A stretch of 64,000 nucleotides of DNA, from NCBI RefSeq assembly GCF_046119375.1, contig NW_027362764.1, forward strand, positions 596,812,001 to 596,876,000. Direction: 5' to 3'. Numbering within the stretch: position 1 is the stretch's first letter; each line of letters starts with the position of its first letter. The notes under the pieces are model-generated. The model ran no database searches and was not told the origin of the DNA. It saw nothing but the letters and a program-made list of their open reading frames with translations. The translations under genes were made by a program, and so were the position numbers. Positions 37,019-49,394 of this stretch are shown here, in pieces. The DNA comes from Phyllobates terribilis. Lineage: Eukaryota.

Positions 37019-40000
37019 TTATGTTGCTCTGCTATCATTCAGTGGTGTTGAGAAGTCTGGCCCAATCCAGCCCTTGTTCATTTTTTTATAAGAGTCAGCC
37101 TGTCAGCATTTTCAGTTGACAGGCGGATGCGCTTATCAGTTATAATTCCACCAGCGGCATTAAAAACCCGCTCTGATAAAGCGCTGGCTGCATAGCAGGC
37201 CAGGACCTCCAAGGCATAGAGAGCCAGTTCATTCCACGTATCCAGCTTGGATACCCAATAATTTTAAGGCACAGAGGAATCACGGAGGACATTGGTACAG
37301 TCGACAAGGTACTCCCTCAGCATCTTCCAAAACTTTGCACTCCTTGTGAGAGTACCCCGCGCCTCAGGGCCTGTGCGATAAGAGGGTCTGAGAAAACTCT
37401 CCCAGATCTTTGACAGTGTTCCCCTGCCTCTGCTGGATTGGAGTTGTTTCTCTCTCGCCTGCAGTCCTTGGTTGTCCAACGAAGTGTGCTCTCTGCCGCC
37501 AGCATTTTCAGATGGGAATTTTTTTAATAGTTCCGTAACAAGGGCCTTCTGGTACAGCCCCATTTTTGTAGACCTGTCCGCCTCAGGAATAAGAAATATA
37601 AAGTTCTCTTTGTAGCATGGGTCTAGAAGTGTCACCAACCAGTAATGACTGTCACCCAAAATTTTGAGAACGCGAGGGTCATAGGAAAGGCAGCATAACA
37701 TAAACTCAGCCATGCGTGCCAGACTGCTAACAGGCAAGACTTCCGTGTCCTCACCAAGAGGATGACTGACCATGCTCTCCTCCTCCAACTACTCCTCCTC
37801 TCTGTCCTCTGGCCATCCATGCTGAACAGACGGTATGACAGCTGTGCAGGTAGTACCGTCTATAGTGCATGAAACTAGCTCCTTTCCTTCCTCCTCCTCC
37901 TCCTCTTCCTCATTGTCACCCAATCCACATTGGGTTGAGATGAGGCTTGACTGTGTGTAATCACCCTGTATGGCTCCTTGCTCCATCTCATTGTGCTCCG
38001 CCTGCAATGCATCCTCTTTGATTGTGAGAAGAGAGCGTTTCAGAAAACAGAGAAGTGGGATGGTGATGCTAATTATGGCATCATCACTGCTCACCATCTT
38101 GGTGGAGTCCTCAAAGTTTTGGAGAATGGTACATATGTCTGACATCCATGTCCACTCCTGAGGTCTTATGTGTGGAGTCTGAACTGAATACAGACGGCCT
38201 TCTTGATGCTGGTACTCAACAACTGCCCTCTTCTGCTCACAAATCCTTCCCAACATCTGCAGTGTAGAGTTCCAATGCGTGGGGAAATCACACACCAGTC
38301 TGTGAGCCGGAAGCTGCAAATGCTGCTGAAACACGGCAAGGGCGGCGGAAGCTGTAGCTTACTTTCTAAAATGGGCACACAGGTGGCGTACTTTATCAAG
38401 CAGATCTGGCAGCTCCGGGTAGGATTTGAAAAACCGCTGAACTATGAGGTTAATCACATGGGCCAGGCATGGTACGTGTGTGAGCTCGCCTCACCTTAGA
38501 GCCGCCACCAGGTTCCGGCCATTGTCACACACCACCATGCTTGGCTGTAGGTTCAGCGGTGTGAGCCACAGATCTGCCTGCTCTTTCAGAGCTGTCCACA
38601 ACTCTTCAGCATTGTGCGGTTTGTCACCTAAGCATATTAGCTTCAGCACAGCCTATTGCCGCTTGGCTGAGGCAGTGCTGCAGTGCTTCTAGCTTGTGAC
38701 TGATGTGGTCATTTCAGAGATGGAGGCTGAAGAGTTGGAGAAGGCTGAGGTGCAGGAGCCGTAGACCGTGAGGGGCAACCCTGATTGACCTAGGGCCCGC
38801 AATCCTTGGCGTCGGGAGGACCTGTTCCGTCCCAAGGTGCGCCTGGGTCCCGACTTCCACTAAATTAACCCAGTATGCCGTCAGCGAGATGTACCGTCCA
38901 TGCCCACAAGCACTTGTCCATGTGTCCGTAGTTAGGTGGACTTTCCCGGTAACTGCGTTGTTGAGGGCACGGCTAATGTTTTGGGCCACATGCTTGTGTA
39001 ATGCGGGGATGGCACAGCGGGAGAAATAGTGGCGGCTGGGGACCGAGTACCGAGAGACGGCAGCCGCCATCAGGTTGCGGAATGCTTCCGTCTCCACAAG
39101 CCTAAAAGGCAACATTTCGAGTGCAAGCAGTCGTGAAATGTGAGAATTTAGTAGTGTGGCCTGTGGGGTGTTGGCTGCATATTTGCGCTTGCATTCTAAG
39201 GACTGGGGTATGGACAACTGAACGCTGCGCTGGGACAAGGACATGGAGGGGCTTCCGGATGCTGCTACCTGAGAGTGCGAAACCTCAGGTGCAGGGCAGG
39301 AGGCATCTTCGCATGCATCATGGACAGGTGATTGGCTTGCATGCACAACAGCAGAAGAAGCAATTGTGCCACCTGCAGACACTGTTCCTGGACCATGGGG
39401 TTCGGCCCACAAAGTCGGGTGCTTTGCTGCCATGTGCCTGATCATGCTGGTGGTGGTCAGGCTGGTCGTTTTGCTACCCCTGCTGATGTTGGCCTGGCAG
39501 GTGGTGCAAATGGCCTTTTTGGGGTTATTGGCAGAGTCTTTAAAAAACAACCATACTCGGGAAGACCTAACAGTTGTACTGGCAACTTTCTTCGTGTTGG
39601 TGTTGCGGGGAACGGTTGCCTGCCTTCTGTCTGCGGCCACCACACTGCTTCATCCTGCCTGCTGGGGTGCTCTGCCTCCCTCCCGCTGTGTGCTGCTGTC
39701 CTCGCTCTGCATGTCCTCCTGCCAGGTTGGGTCAGTTACTATATCATCCACCACCTCGTATTCCACTTCCGCACCCTGGTCCTCCTCCTGACTTTCGGGC
39801 AATTGTGTCTCATCATCGTCCACCTCTTGTGACACTTTCCCACCGTCGCCTTCATGTGACCGTGGCTGCTCAAACATTTGGGCATCGCTGCACGCAATCT
39901 CCTCTTGCCCCGCTTCAAGTGGATCGGGCGAGAGGCCCGAATCTGTAAATGGAAAAGTGAACAGCTCTTCAGAGTATCCAAGTGTGGGATCAATTGTCTC

Positions 40001-40342
40001 TGGGCACTCTGCATGGTGGGAGGAAGGAGGATCAGGGTGAGGAATATGCGGTCCAGACTCACGGCTACTGAGACTTGACCGTGTGGAAGACAGGGTGGTG
40101 GTGGTGGTGGCTAAGTGACTGGAATCATTATCCGCTATCCAACCAACAACCTTTTGACACTGCTCTGGGTTCAATAGTGGTGTGCTGCGGTCCCCTAGAA
40201 ATTGGGACAGGAAGGTCAGGCAAGAATATGTGGGTGTTTGATGTGGCACAATTTCAGCTTACCCACAGCCTTGTCCTCGGCCTCTGCATGCACCATTACT
40301 ATCACATCCAGTTCCCTGTCTTTTACCACGTGCCTTGCCCAT
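37019..40342 (-). pseudogene. hAT-C transposase, decayed (stops and frameshifts)
   Basis: ATG at 40342 (MGKARGKR). ORFs 39650, 38714 (BED finger, LLALEMLPF, VHLTTDTWTS), 37789 (PTHWNST) and 37264; C-terminus DRLTLIK..GWIG ending TAA at 37019. Confidence 0.9.
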
Positions 40343-40399
40343 TTTAAATGGAGGACAGTATCTTCAACGCTCACTACAAATGACTGAGTTTGGAGCGAA

Positions 40400-40750
40400 C
40401 TTATATGTGATCCGTGTGACGGAGAAAATAGAGTTTTAAATAGCTGGCCTGTAGGTAAGTAGTTTGAACAGCAAACTGCTGTGATTTGCTTCACTGACAC
40501 ACTGAAAGAAATTTTTAATGGAGGCCAGAAATGGCAGTATTTTCTGACAACGTATATGTGATCCATGTGACGGAGAAAACAGAGTATTAAATACCAGGCC
40601 TATAGGTAAGTAGTTTTAACAGCAAACTGCTGTGAATTGCTTCACTGACACACTGAAAGAAATTTTTTATGTAGGCCAGAAATGGCAGTATTTTGTTACT
40701 AAGTATATGTGATCCGTGTGACGGAGAAAACAGAGTTTCAAATAGCTGGA
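40400..40750. repeat. 151-bp tandem repeat (~2.3 copies) just upstream of the hAT-C start codon
   Basis: ATATGTGATCC at ~40403, 40554, 40705. Confidence 0.9.
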
Positions 40751-41422
40751 TTTTTAGCGATGTAATATGGAAAGGACCTGGCTGTATTCTGCAGTGCCAA
40801 CAAGCAAATGGCGCAGAAAAACGGTGTTCTCTGGATTTCTTTTTAAGCAAGTAATGAGGATTAAGATCCAAAGAAAAGTATTCCTGGCCCCTGAGATCTA
40901 GGCCTTTGTATAGAAATATCTAACAGCAGCAGAAGGCAGAATTGGAATGGAGCCTTTTGTGCTATGTGCACTTCAGTCTGCTATATACCCTGCCTGCCTG
41001 ATATCTCTGCAGATGGATTAGTTAGTCCTCAAATGGACTGTTTGTTAAGATGGATATGTGTAATGTCCGTTTTTTTTTCCCCACATTAAGTAATACACAG
41101 GCAGATCTCTCATTGACGCAGCAGCACCTCTCACTACACTGTCCGGAGTGACTGTGACAAACATGGTGGCACCAGGTCTGATATAGACCCTATGACGCTG
41201 TGCGGCCAGCCAATCACTGTAATGCCACAACCAACATGGCTACGGCATTACAGTGAGTGGCAGGCAAACCCTGCATGTTGATTGACACTCTAAAGAGCAC
41301 CAAACATGCAGGGAGGGGACCAGACCTCCCGCCGAGCAACCCCGGAAATATTCGGCGAGCAGTGAGACGCTCGGGCGAGCACTGAGCAGTAGCGAGCATG
41401 CTCGTTCATCACTAATTAAAAG

Positions 41423-41732
41423 TAGTGATGAGCGAGTATGTTTTGTTAACCATTTTGCCTAGTATTCTCAGCCGAGCACCGAGTATTTATAGCGTGTTCG
41501 GTGATATGTTTGAATCATTCCCGTGTGCATGATTTGCGACTGTTTGACAGCTTTAATACATGTGAGGAATGTGTAAGAAGCAGACATTCCTCACATGTAT
41601 CAAAGCTGTCAAAAATCGCAAATCATGCACATGGGAGTGATTCAAACATATCACCGAGCACGCTATAAATACTCGGTGCTCGGCCGAGTATACTCGGCGA
41701 AAGGGTTAAGAAAACATACTTGCTCATCACTA
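41423..41732. mobile_element. 310-bp fold-back hAT MITE
   Basis: TAGTGATGAGC...GCTCATCACTA; ~150-bp nearly complementary arms with a ~10-nt loop; flanks ATTAAAAG/ATTAAGAG. Confidence 0.93.
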
Positions 41733-44031
41733 ATTAAGAGGTTACATTAGCGAGTCTGGTTTTTATACTAAAGATCCTGCGTGTTTTTATAGTTTTATAT
41801 GAGCACACAGAGACCATGGCTGCTGTAGCAGTGCATCCAGACCAGGATAGTGGTGGAGAAATTGCTCTACCATCAAATTGAAGATGCGAGCCATGCAAGG
41901 CACATGTATGAGGTTGCCCCAGCGTAGTGCTGCCTCCAGGTTTGCACCATTATCGCACACGGCCTTCCCTTGCTCCAGGTTCAGTGGTGACAGCCATTGC
42001 TCAATCTTGGCATGGATAGCTATCCACAACTCTTGATCAGTTTGACTGCGATATCCAAGGCATATTCATTGAAACACTGCCTGATTGCAGAGAGCCCTGG
42101 CAGCGCATTACGAATGTCGGAGGATTCTATCTGCACTGTTGTAACGTGTGTCTGTAACGGGGGGCAGGGTGGCAGTCGGTGGTGAGTGTCATGTCAGTTT
42201 CAGTGAGTAAATCCTCACCCTGGCCCACTACAGAAAAAGGGGACTCGGAGAATCCCTGGGTGTTTGTGTGTTGAGGTGTCTCTGTAGAGAATACCTCCAT
42301 ACTCACTTCTGTTTCGCCATCCTGGATGTTGAGTCTTTTAGCCTTCAGAAGGCGAAAACCAGACCAGCTTAAAAATGTAAAAACATCTTTACTTGCAGCC
42401 ACAGTCACATACAGGGAGTAGCAAGTGATACAGTCTCTTTGTGATCTCTTCACATACAGCGGCACTTTACCAGCGATGAAAGTCATGGACACCGATTTGG
42501 ATATGAAGATCAACGCCGAGCACGCCAGCTCTCTGGGTAACTCCATTCTCTGTCCCACTGCCTGACCTGCTTGGATCCACCTCCCTGATGAGGCTGTCCT
42601 GTCTTGGCACGTAAAGTGAAGTTCCCACATTGACCTCTCCATTTACATCTGTTCCTGTTGTCCCCGCTGTCTAGACTGTTCAGATTCACCTTCCAGATAA
42701 GGTTGTCCAAAAACTCCCAGACTGTGACACACACACACCCTTCTCCTGTACTTTCTCCTGTGTCCTCCTGACAGGTCCTCACTAGTCACTGTCCCTCACT
42801 CAACTCACTCTCCCTGCAATCAGGAAGTGATTCCTTTCTTCAGTAAATCTGCCACTCCCACACTGGAGCAGCTCCTAAACCCCTTAATTCTTTCCCAACC
42901 ATAACAGCATACTCTGTGTGCTATAGTGCCCACCTCTGCACTACTTCTTCTATCAATCTAATAGTTTACCCGCACCAACCTATATTGAACCTATAAGTAA
43001 CCCATCAGAGATTAGATCATATGAATGCTCATATATAAACATAGAACACAGAATTATGTGCATTAAGAGGGAAGAGGCGCATGACCGTCCTGGTCACCCT
43101 CTTACATACCTCCCTCCTAAAACATGGTTGTCCTGACCATGAAAATACCTGTAAAAAGAAACACTAATGCACATTTAAAACATTCAACAAATATGTTTAC
43201 TGTACATTAAAATGCACAATAGATCAATTCACTTTAATCACTTCTTCTTGCTAGTCAACCTTGACCTCGGTCCCACTCGGTTGGGACCTGGAACACAGAG
43301 TTCAAGTTCCTTTGAATATGGGTCCATCTGACCCCGGTCCCCTTGCTCCTGAGACCCACAAAAAAAATGTCCATCACATGCCCTCTGGCCAACAAATCCT
43401 GCTCTGACAGTCCTGGAGCAGTGACCCGGCACGATCCTCAGGTCGTCCTGACAGTTTCTCCCCCTCCCTCCTTTTTGCTGAGTATGGTCCCTTTAAGAAC
43501 CATGTACTGCTCAATAGCTCCTATACGAGAGCTCAGTCCATGGAGCAGTTGCACACAGTCCTTCAGTGTGGGATATTTAACCCTATTAGGATTCAGTCCC
43601 GTAATCCAGCAGGGGAATGCGCAAACGTGCGCAACAGAACTTGGAGAGGGGGAAACACACAAGCATATAGTCATCTTCTGGCCGTCCGGCCAGCACCATT
43701 GCTTCCTGGTGCTATCAGGGCTTCTTGCCCTTTAAGAGATGCAGAACAGTGTCTATTGGTGACCACATCCTTGGCCACCTCGGGTCGTCACCGGACTGAA
43801 CAGGGGCTCCTGCCCATAGGAACACAGTACAGTTCCTTTTGCTTGTTTCACAGTGCAACTAGCACAACTTGGGTGGCGGTTCACACACCGCCCGTTTAGT
43901 CAGCGGCTTCCGCATAGTGGCTGTAGTTTACCACCCCATTGTCCTTGAAGATCAGGACTGTCTGTCCCTACGATCCTGTAGAAGACGAGGAGCCCCCACG
44001 CTCACTCCTGGTCCTCTCGCGTACAGCTGGG

Positions 44032-45267
44032 CTAGGTGCCAGCCTCCTCTGTAGGGGTACTTGTTGCGGGGGCAGCTAGTTCATGCAGCGCCTGGGCCGT
44101 AGACAGGGTCTGCAGCAGAGTAACAGACTCGGATATTTGTGAGGTCATCTCACTGGGGTCTGGTTCCTGATCTGCAGGCACCACAATCAACTGCTGCCCA
44201 ACGGCCGCGGTTTCCGGCCACACAGGATGGTTTGCGGCCTGCTGCTGCTCTGCCTCAGGCAATATAGCGACAGCCACTGCATACGGGCCTCGGGGCCCAT
44301 ACTCCTTAACGAATGACACTCGACGACTGCCCCATAGCAAGGGGCCGCAGCCGCGAACAGATCCGGCATTCACTTATACTTTTTCGCTGGTATCAGTCTC
44401 CTGAATGAACCCATAGCCGCGGGAAAGCTCATAGTACCTCACTAGGCCGTATGTAATGCGGGCTCTGCATCTCTTAATGAATGCGGCACTCCCGCCTCTT
44501 CTTCTCGGCGATTACCCCTCGATCCACCATTCCTCCTCCTCTCTGGGGGTTCTCACAGCTTCTTGGTAAGTTGGGGGTGATGGGCTAGACGCAGGAGTGA
44601 GTGGGTCAGGGGGTGAGTCTGGATCAAGACTCATCGCCGCCATGGTCACCAGAGCTGGCTCTCCATCATCCGCAGGCACCACTGCTGCCGTTGGTCCTCC
44701 CGCCGCCCAGATTGGTTCAAGCACTTCCTCCTTGTGTAGCCTGCGCCGCTCCCAGTCCATGTGTCCAAGGCCACCGCGATGTAGCATTGTCTCAGGCTGT
44801 TGCTGCTTCACCGTCTCCTTCAGCAATGGCGCCGCACTGCTTGACACGAGGGATCCTCCTTCCAGGCTCCACCTGTCCGTAGGTGGATCCGCCTCCACCA
44901 ATTCCTCCCACTCTGACTCTGGTTCTGGGATCTTCAATGGTGAGCAGGGTTTCTTCTTTCTTTGCCGCACACACCGCAGGCGGGCACTGCTCACAGGGGG
45001 CCACAGTTTCAGCCCGGCCCGGCTTCCATGCCATACAGTTTTTTGTGCTGTTTTGCGCTCAGGATGCCCACGATGGGCGGAGCTATCGGCAGCCTCCACG
45101 CCATTATCCGCCATCTTGGAACTCACTTTGCTGGCCACCATCTTGAGATCGCCATTTTCGTCCACCTTCTTGGTTTGTACGCTTTTCAATTCTTTCCGTT
45201 TCATCTGTTTATCTTCAGGCGCCTCATCTGCGCCAGGGGCATTTTTCTTGCGGTCCTTATCCAGCAT
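44032..45267 (-). pseudogene. ~411-codon ORF with a cold-shock domain (44260-44455), two premature TAA stops
   Basis: ORFs 44512-45393 and 44032-44373 are in the same frame. The read-through contains YGLVRYYELSRGYGFIQETDTSEKV*VNAGSVRGCGPLLWGSRRVSFVKEYGPRGPYAVAVAIL. Confidence 0.75.
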
Positions 45268-45319
45268 CTTCTCTCTCTTGCCACAGGACCTGCTCACCTC
45301 GCTGTTTGGATGCTTGGAC

Positions 45320-45342
45320 TTCGCATCCTGCCGACTACGCCA
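45320..45342 (-). promoter_or_regulatory. Primer-binding site complementary to the tRNA-Ser 3' end
   Basis: Plus strand TTCGCATCCTGCCGACTACGCCA versus vertebrate tRNA-Ser(AGA/TGA) 3' end TTCGAATCCTGCCGACTACG-CCA (1 mismatch, recalled); lies 2 nt from the LTR boundary at 45345. Confidence 0.88.
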
Positions 45343-48126
45343 AATGTAGCGAGGTGGCACGGGGTGGTAGTTATGGGCGAGTCTACTGAGCAACCTTCAG
45401 CGAGCACCCCGGCACCTCGCACATGAATAAACGGATAGAGTCAGTGCTTTTAAATACAACCAACATTACTGACAGATTGCAGTGTTTAGGCAGGTGCAGC
45501 AGATATTCTCAGGCCCAGGTCTTATGCAGGGACAATAAGCCATTTCTCTACCTTCCGACTCAGTTTATTACAGCAGGCAGACTTTCACCTTCAGCACACC
45601 CTCTGTCCTCGTTGCCGCTTGTCCTAGGGAAGCTGTGGTACTCGGATAAGGCTCCTATACGTTTTCCACAGTCCCTGTTCTCTCTCGCTGTGCTACTCGG
45701 ATATAGATATATATATATATATGTACATCCCTTCTCCTCAGCCTCTGTTCGGTCCTCAGCACCTGCTGAGGGCTGTCGGCACTCTCTCTCTCTCCCGCGC
45801 ACCTTCTAACCCTGGCCTGGGTCTATGGCTGCCGGACTCTGCTTAGTGCCTAGTCTCTGTCCTCGGATCCGCGCACCTCCTAACCCTTGCTCAGGTCTCT
45901 GGCTGTCGGACTCTCTGGTACTCACATGGACCCTTGATGTCTCGTGTACTGGCCTCTTCTCTGAGTGCATTTACACCATCACTGGTCCTTACTCATGGGC
46001 TTATGGCCCCACTGCCTCGACTCCTTCTTTGCGGGGACACCCCCTTCTTCACACAAGCTCCTTTTCTCTGGAGCTCTTCTCTGACACCTTGTCCTGGGCA
46101 TGGCCGCCCGGACACTGCTACTTGACTTCCTTTCTCCTGTCTCTAAGCTCACTGCCTCTGCTCCTCCCTGCTATGTTCCTCCCCCTGGCCAGCTCTGCTA
46201 TGCTGCTGTAACTAGGCAACTACTGCACTGTACATTATAGGGAGAACACATAAAAGCATCAACATTACATTAGACATTACATTCACACGGGTACAACTAC
46301 TGCCGCACGTGGGAATAATAACAGTGAAAAGTCCTTCTTAAAGGGGTGGTGGCGTCCTTCCCCCTTACATGTCTCATTAAGGCAGAGGTTGAGGTCACAG
46401 GTGGAGGCCCTAGAGGAGGTAGAGGAGGCAGAAGCACTGGAGGAAGTGTTATATACAAAGGTTTGTCCCGCAAATCTTGGGGATTCTAAGACTTGCTGTC
46501 TAGTGACACCTTGGTGTCAAGTGGTTTAGTTCTCCATCCCCTGGTGTGTAGAAGTTTAGTTCTCCAACCCTAGCTGTTCATTAGTTTATTTTTCCAACAT
46601 CTGTTGTCTGTTAGTTTAGTTCTCCATGTTCTGGCCCAGTGCCCAGTCAGTGAGATATAAAGCCTCTGGCCATGCTTGCTTGTCCTGGTGTCAGTGGTGA
46701 AATGCACCCTGTCAGACCTAGATTTTTTCAAGGAATAGGTGATGTTGTCTGCAACATGCTGGTGTAGCCCAGGCACAGCTTTCTTAGAGAAGTAATGGCG
46801 ACTGAGAAACTGGTACTGGGGACTGCGATAGCCATCAGCTTTCGGAAACTGTCTGTATCCACCAGGCGGAAAGGCAGCATTTCTGTGCCCAACAGATTGG
46901 AGATGGTGAAGTTCAAGCTCTTTGCTTTGGCATGTGTAGGAGGAAACAATCTTTTATGTGACCACAACTGTGAGATTAAGGGCTGGATGCTGTGCTGAGA
47001 GAGGGTGGAGTAAGGTGAATACGACAAGCTTCTGGACTGTGATAGAGGTGCAGATGGAGATGTTACAATGGATTTAGAAAGATGGAGTGCGTTTGGTGTC
47101 TGACATCAGTCAAAAACAGCAGGCATGTCCACTTCCGTAACAGCTGACGGGCTCTCACTCCCTCCGACTTTAGCGGGTAAACAAGTGGAGGCTCTTCTAC
47201 CAGAGACCTGTGCGAGAACACTTGCCATGGTGCCGGAGGAGGCAGAAGCAGAAGATGCAGTTGATGGGGTGGCCAGTGGTTGGCAAGGCCTGCTAGTCTG
47301 CATTTTAGCACAGTGAAATTCCCAGATTGACCCATGTTGATCGCACATGTGCCAGTTCATGCATGTAGTAGTCAAATTATTGCATTTTTTTTACTTTACT
47401 CTGTAATTTTTAACAAAGTTGGCAGATAACATGAGTTGTCATTTTTTGAGGTCTCAAAAAGGACCCAGGCTAGGCAACTAAAGACCCTTGAACGCTACTG
47501 GCCACTGCCAGAGTTGAGGCTGAGGATACAGTGCTTGTTATAGTTGCTTAACTCTGTGTCTGTGCGGGAAGCCGCAACGTAACCTCCTCGTCTTCCTCCT
47601 CCTCAACCTCCTCAGCTGAGCTACTCAGCTGCATGCCTGTGGGTTCACACCAAGTGGGATCTACAACCTCATCATCATCCTCTCTGTTCTCCCACTCCTT
47701 GCCCTGATAGTCACACTCTTCCTCTTCCTGCCCTGACAGCACAGTACTGTATAGGTGTGTCTCAAGTATCTGAGTCTCATCAGGATCAACTCCATCTCCA
47801 GGGGTTAATATCTGGTGACGAGGGGTGGATTCTGCTGGGACCCTACTGAAAAAAATTTGGGGCATTGCTGTACATGCTTTCCCCCTCTTGAGTCTGTGAA
47901 GCTTTGGATCAGACCTCTGATGCCCCGGAATAGAATGTGTGAACAGCTCTGCAGACTCACCCATCTGTGGTTCCCAACAGTCAGTTGGGCAGTTGGAGAG
48001 TTATGACACGGGTGAAAACAAGGGTAATTGGAATGCCACCTCTGAAGACTGTACTGTGTGTGATGTTAAGGTGGAGGAAGAGGAGTAGAGGCCACTTGAT
48101 GAAGCGCTTATCATCTACTGCAGCAC

Positions 48127-49381
48127 ATGTTCTTTCTGGCCCGCATCTACAAAGTGTACCGCTGTCTCGGCACCACAGACTTGTCCCTATCTTGGATCAC
48201 TTCATACCTAACTGACTGGACATTCATTGTCTCCCACTCACACACCACCTCCTCATCTCGTCTCCTATGTGTCGGAGTCCCCCAAGGTTCAGTTCTAGGA
48301 GCCCTGCTCTTCTTCATCTACACCTTCGGCCTGGGACAGCTCATAGTCTCACGGCTTTCAGTATCACCTGTATGCTGATGACACACAGATCTACCTCTCT
48401 GGACCTGATATCACCTCCTTACTAACCAGAATATTACAATGTGTGTCTGCTATTTCATCTTACTTCTCTGCTAGATTTGTAAAACTTAACATGGATAAAA
48501 CTGAATTCATTATCTTTCCACCATCTCATTCACCCCCCCAACTGACCTATCCATCTAAGTCAATGGCTTCACACACTCCCGAGTCCCTCAATCTTGACTT
48601 TGATCTGTCCTTCAAATGTCAGATCCAAGCCCTTTCCACTTGCTGCCGACTCCAATTCTAAAATATATCTCCGGGATCCCCACATTCCTCAACCATGAAT
48701 CTACAAAAACACCAGTGGACACCCTCATCATTTCCCGCCTCAACTACTGCAAGCTCCTGCTCTGTGGCCCCCCTTCTACCACTCTCGCACCCCTCCAATC
48801 TATCCTAAACTGTGCTGGCCAACTAATCCACCTATCACCCCACTATTTCCTGGCTTCTCCCCTCTGTCAATTCCTGTGCTGGCTCCCCGTTGCCCAGAGA
48901 CTCCAGTTGAGAAACCTAACTTTTGCATACCAAGCCATTCAAAACCTTTCTCCTCCATACATCTGTGACCTTGTCAATCTGTACTTACCTGTGCGCAACC
49001 TCCCATCCTTACAAGATCTCATTCTCTACTTCCCTCTTATCTCTTCGTGCCACAATTGCATACAAGATTTGTCCCGTGCATCTCCCCTATTGTGGAACTC
49101 TCTACCACAACACATCAGACTCTTGCCTACCGTGGAAACCTTCAAAATGAAGCTGAAGACACACTTCTTCTGACAAGCATACAATTTGCAGTAATCCTTA
49201 CTTCACCATACCGCTGCATGACCAGCTGTACCCTCACCTACTGTATCCTCACCCATTCCTTGTAGATTCTTTGCGCGCCCACGCGGGCATGGTCCTCTCT
49301 CCTCTTGTATGATTCGGTGACTCCTTTTCAGATGTAAAGTGGCATGGAATAAATGGCGCTATGATAATAAATAATAATAAT
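48127..49381 (+). mobile_element. L2 LINE 3' portion (RT and tail), 5'-truncated
   Basis: SWITSYLTD..GVPQGSVLG.LLFFIYT..YADDTQIY..LNMDKTE..SRLNYC..LQSILN..FKMKLKTHF; tail GGAATAAATGGCGCTATGATAATAAATAATAATAAT. Confidence 0.92.
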
Positions 49382-49394
49382 TATACTATTTGTA

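Larger units (their letters stand above)
34248..41414 (-). mobile_element. hAT-C: complete 7,167-bp Ac-like hAT element with both TIRs and an 8-bp TSD
   Basis: TAGTGATGAGC at 34248, TTCATCACTA ending 41414; flanks ATTAAGAG (34240-47) and ATTAAAAG (41415-22). Confidence 0.93.
42153..46369 (-). mobile_element. Non-autonomous LTR retroelement (4,217 bp) with dissimilar LTR-like ends (42153-43106, 45345-46369), tRNA-Ser PBS, PPT; no RT, protease or integrase
   Basis: TGTAAC...TTACA ends; 4-bp TSD TGTC (42149-52, 46370-73); hAT coding sequence continuous across it; PPT (plus strand TACCTCCCTCC at 43107). Confidence 0.85.

Noticed and set aside
44260-44455. Horizontal transfer of a bacterial csp gene or contamination
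   Set aside because: The domain sits inside a TSD-bounded element within continuous hAT sequence, and GYGFI..DT.E.V is at least as Y-box-like. Origin needs a phylogeny.
44597-45349. 250-aa plus-strand ORF as a separate gene
   Set aside because: It is the antisense shadow of the GC-rich minus-strand ORF, low complexity, with no motifs.
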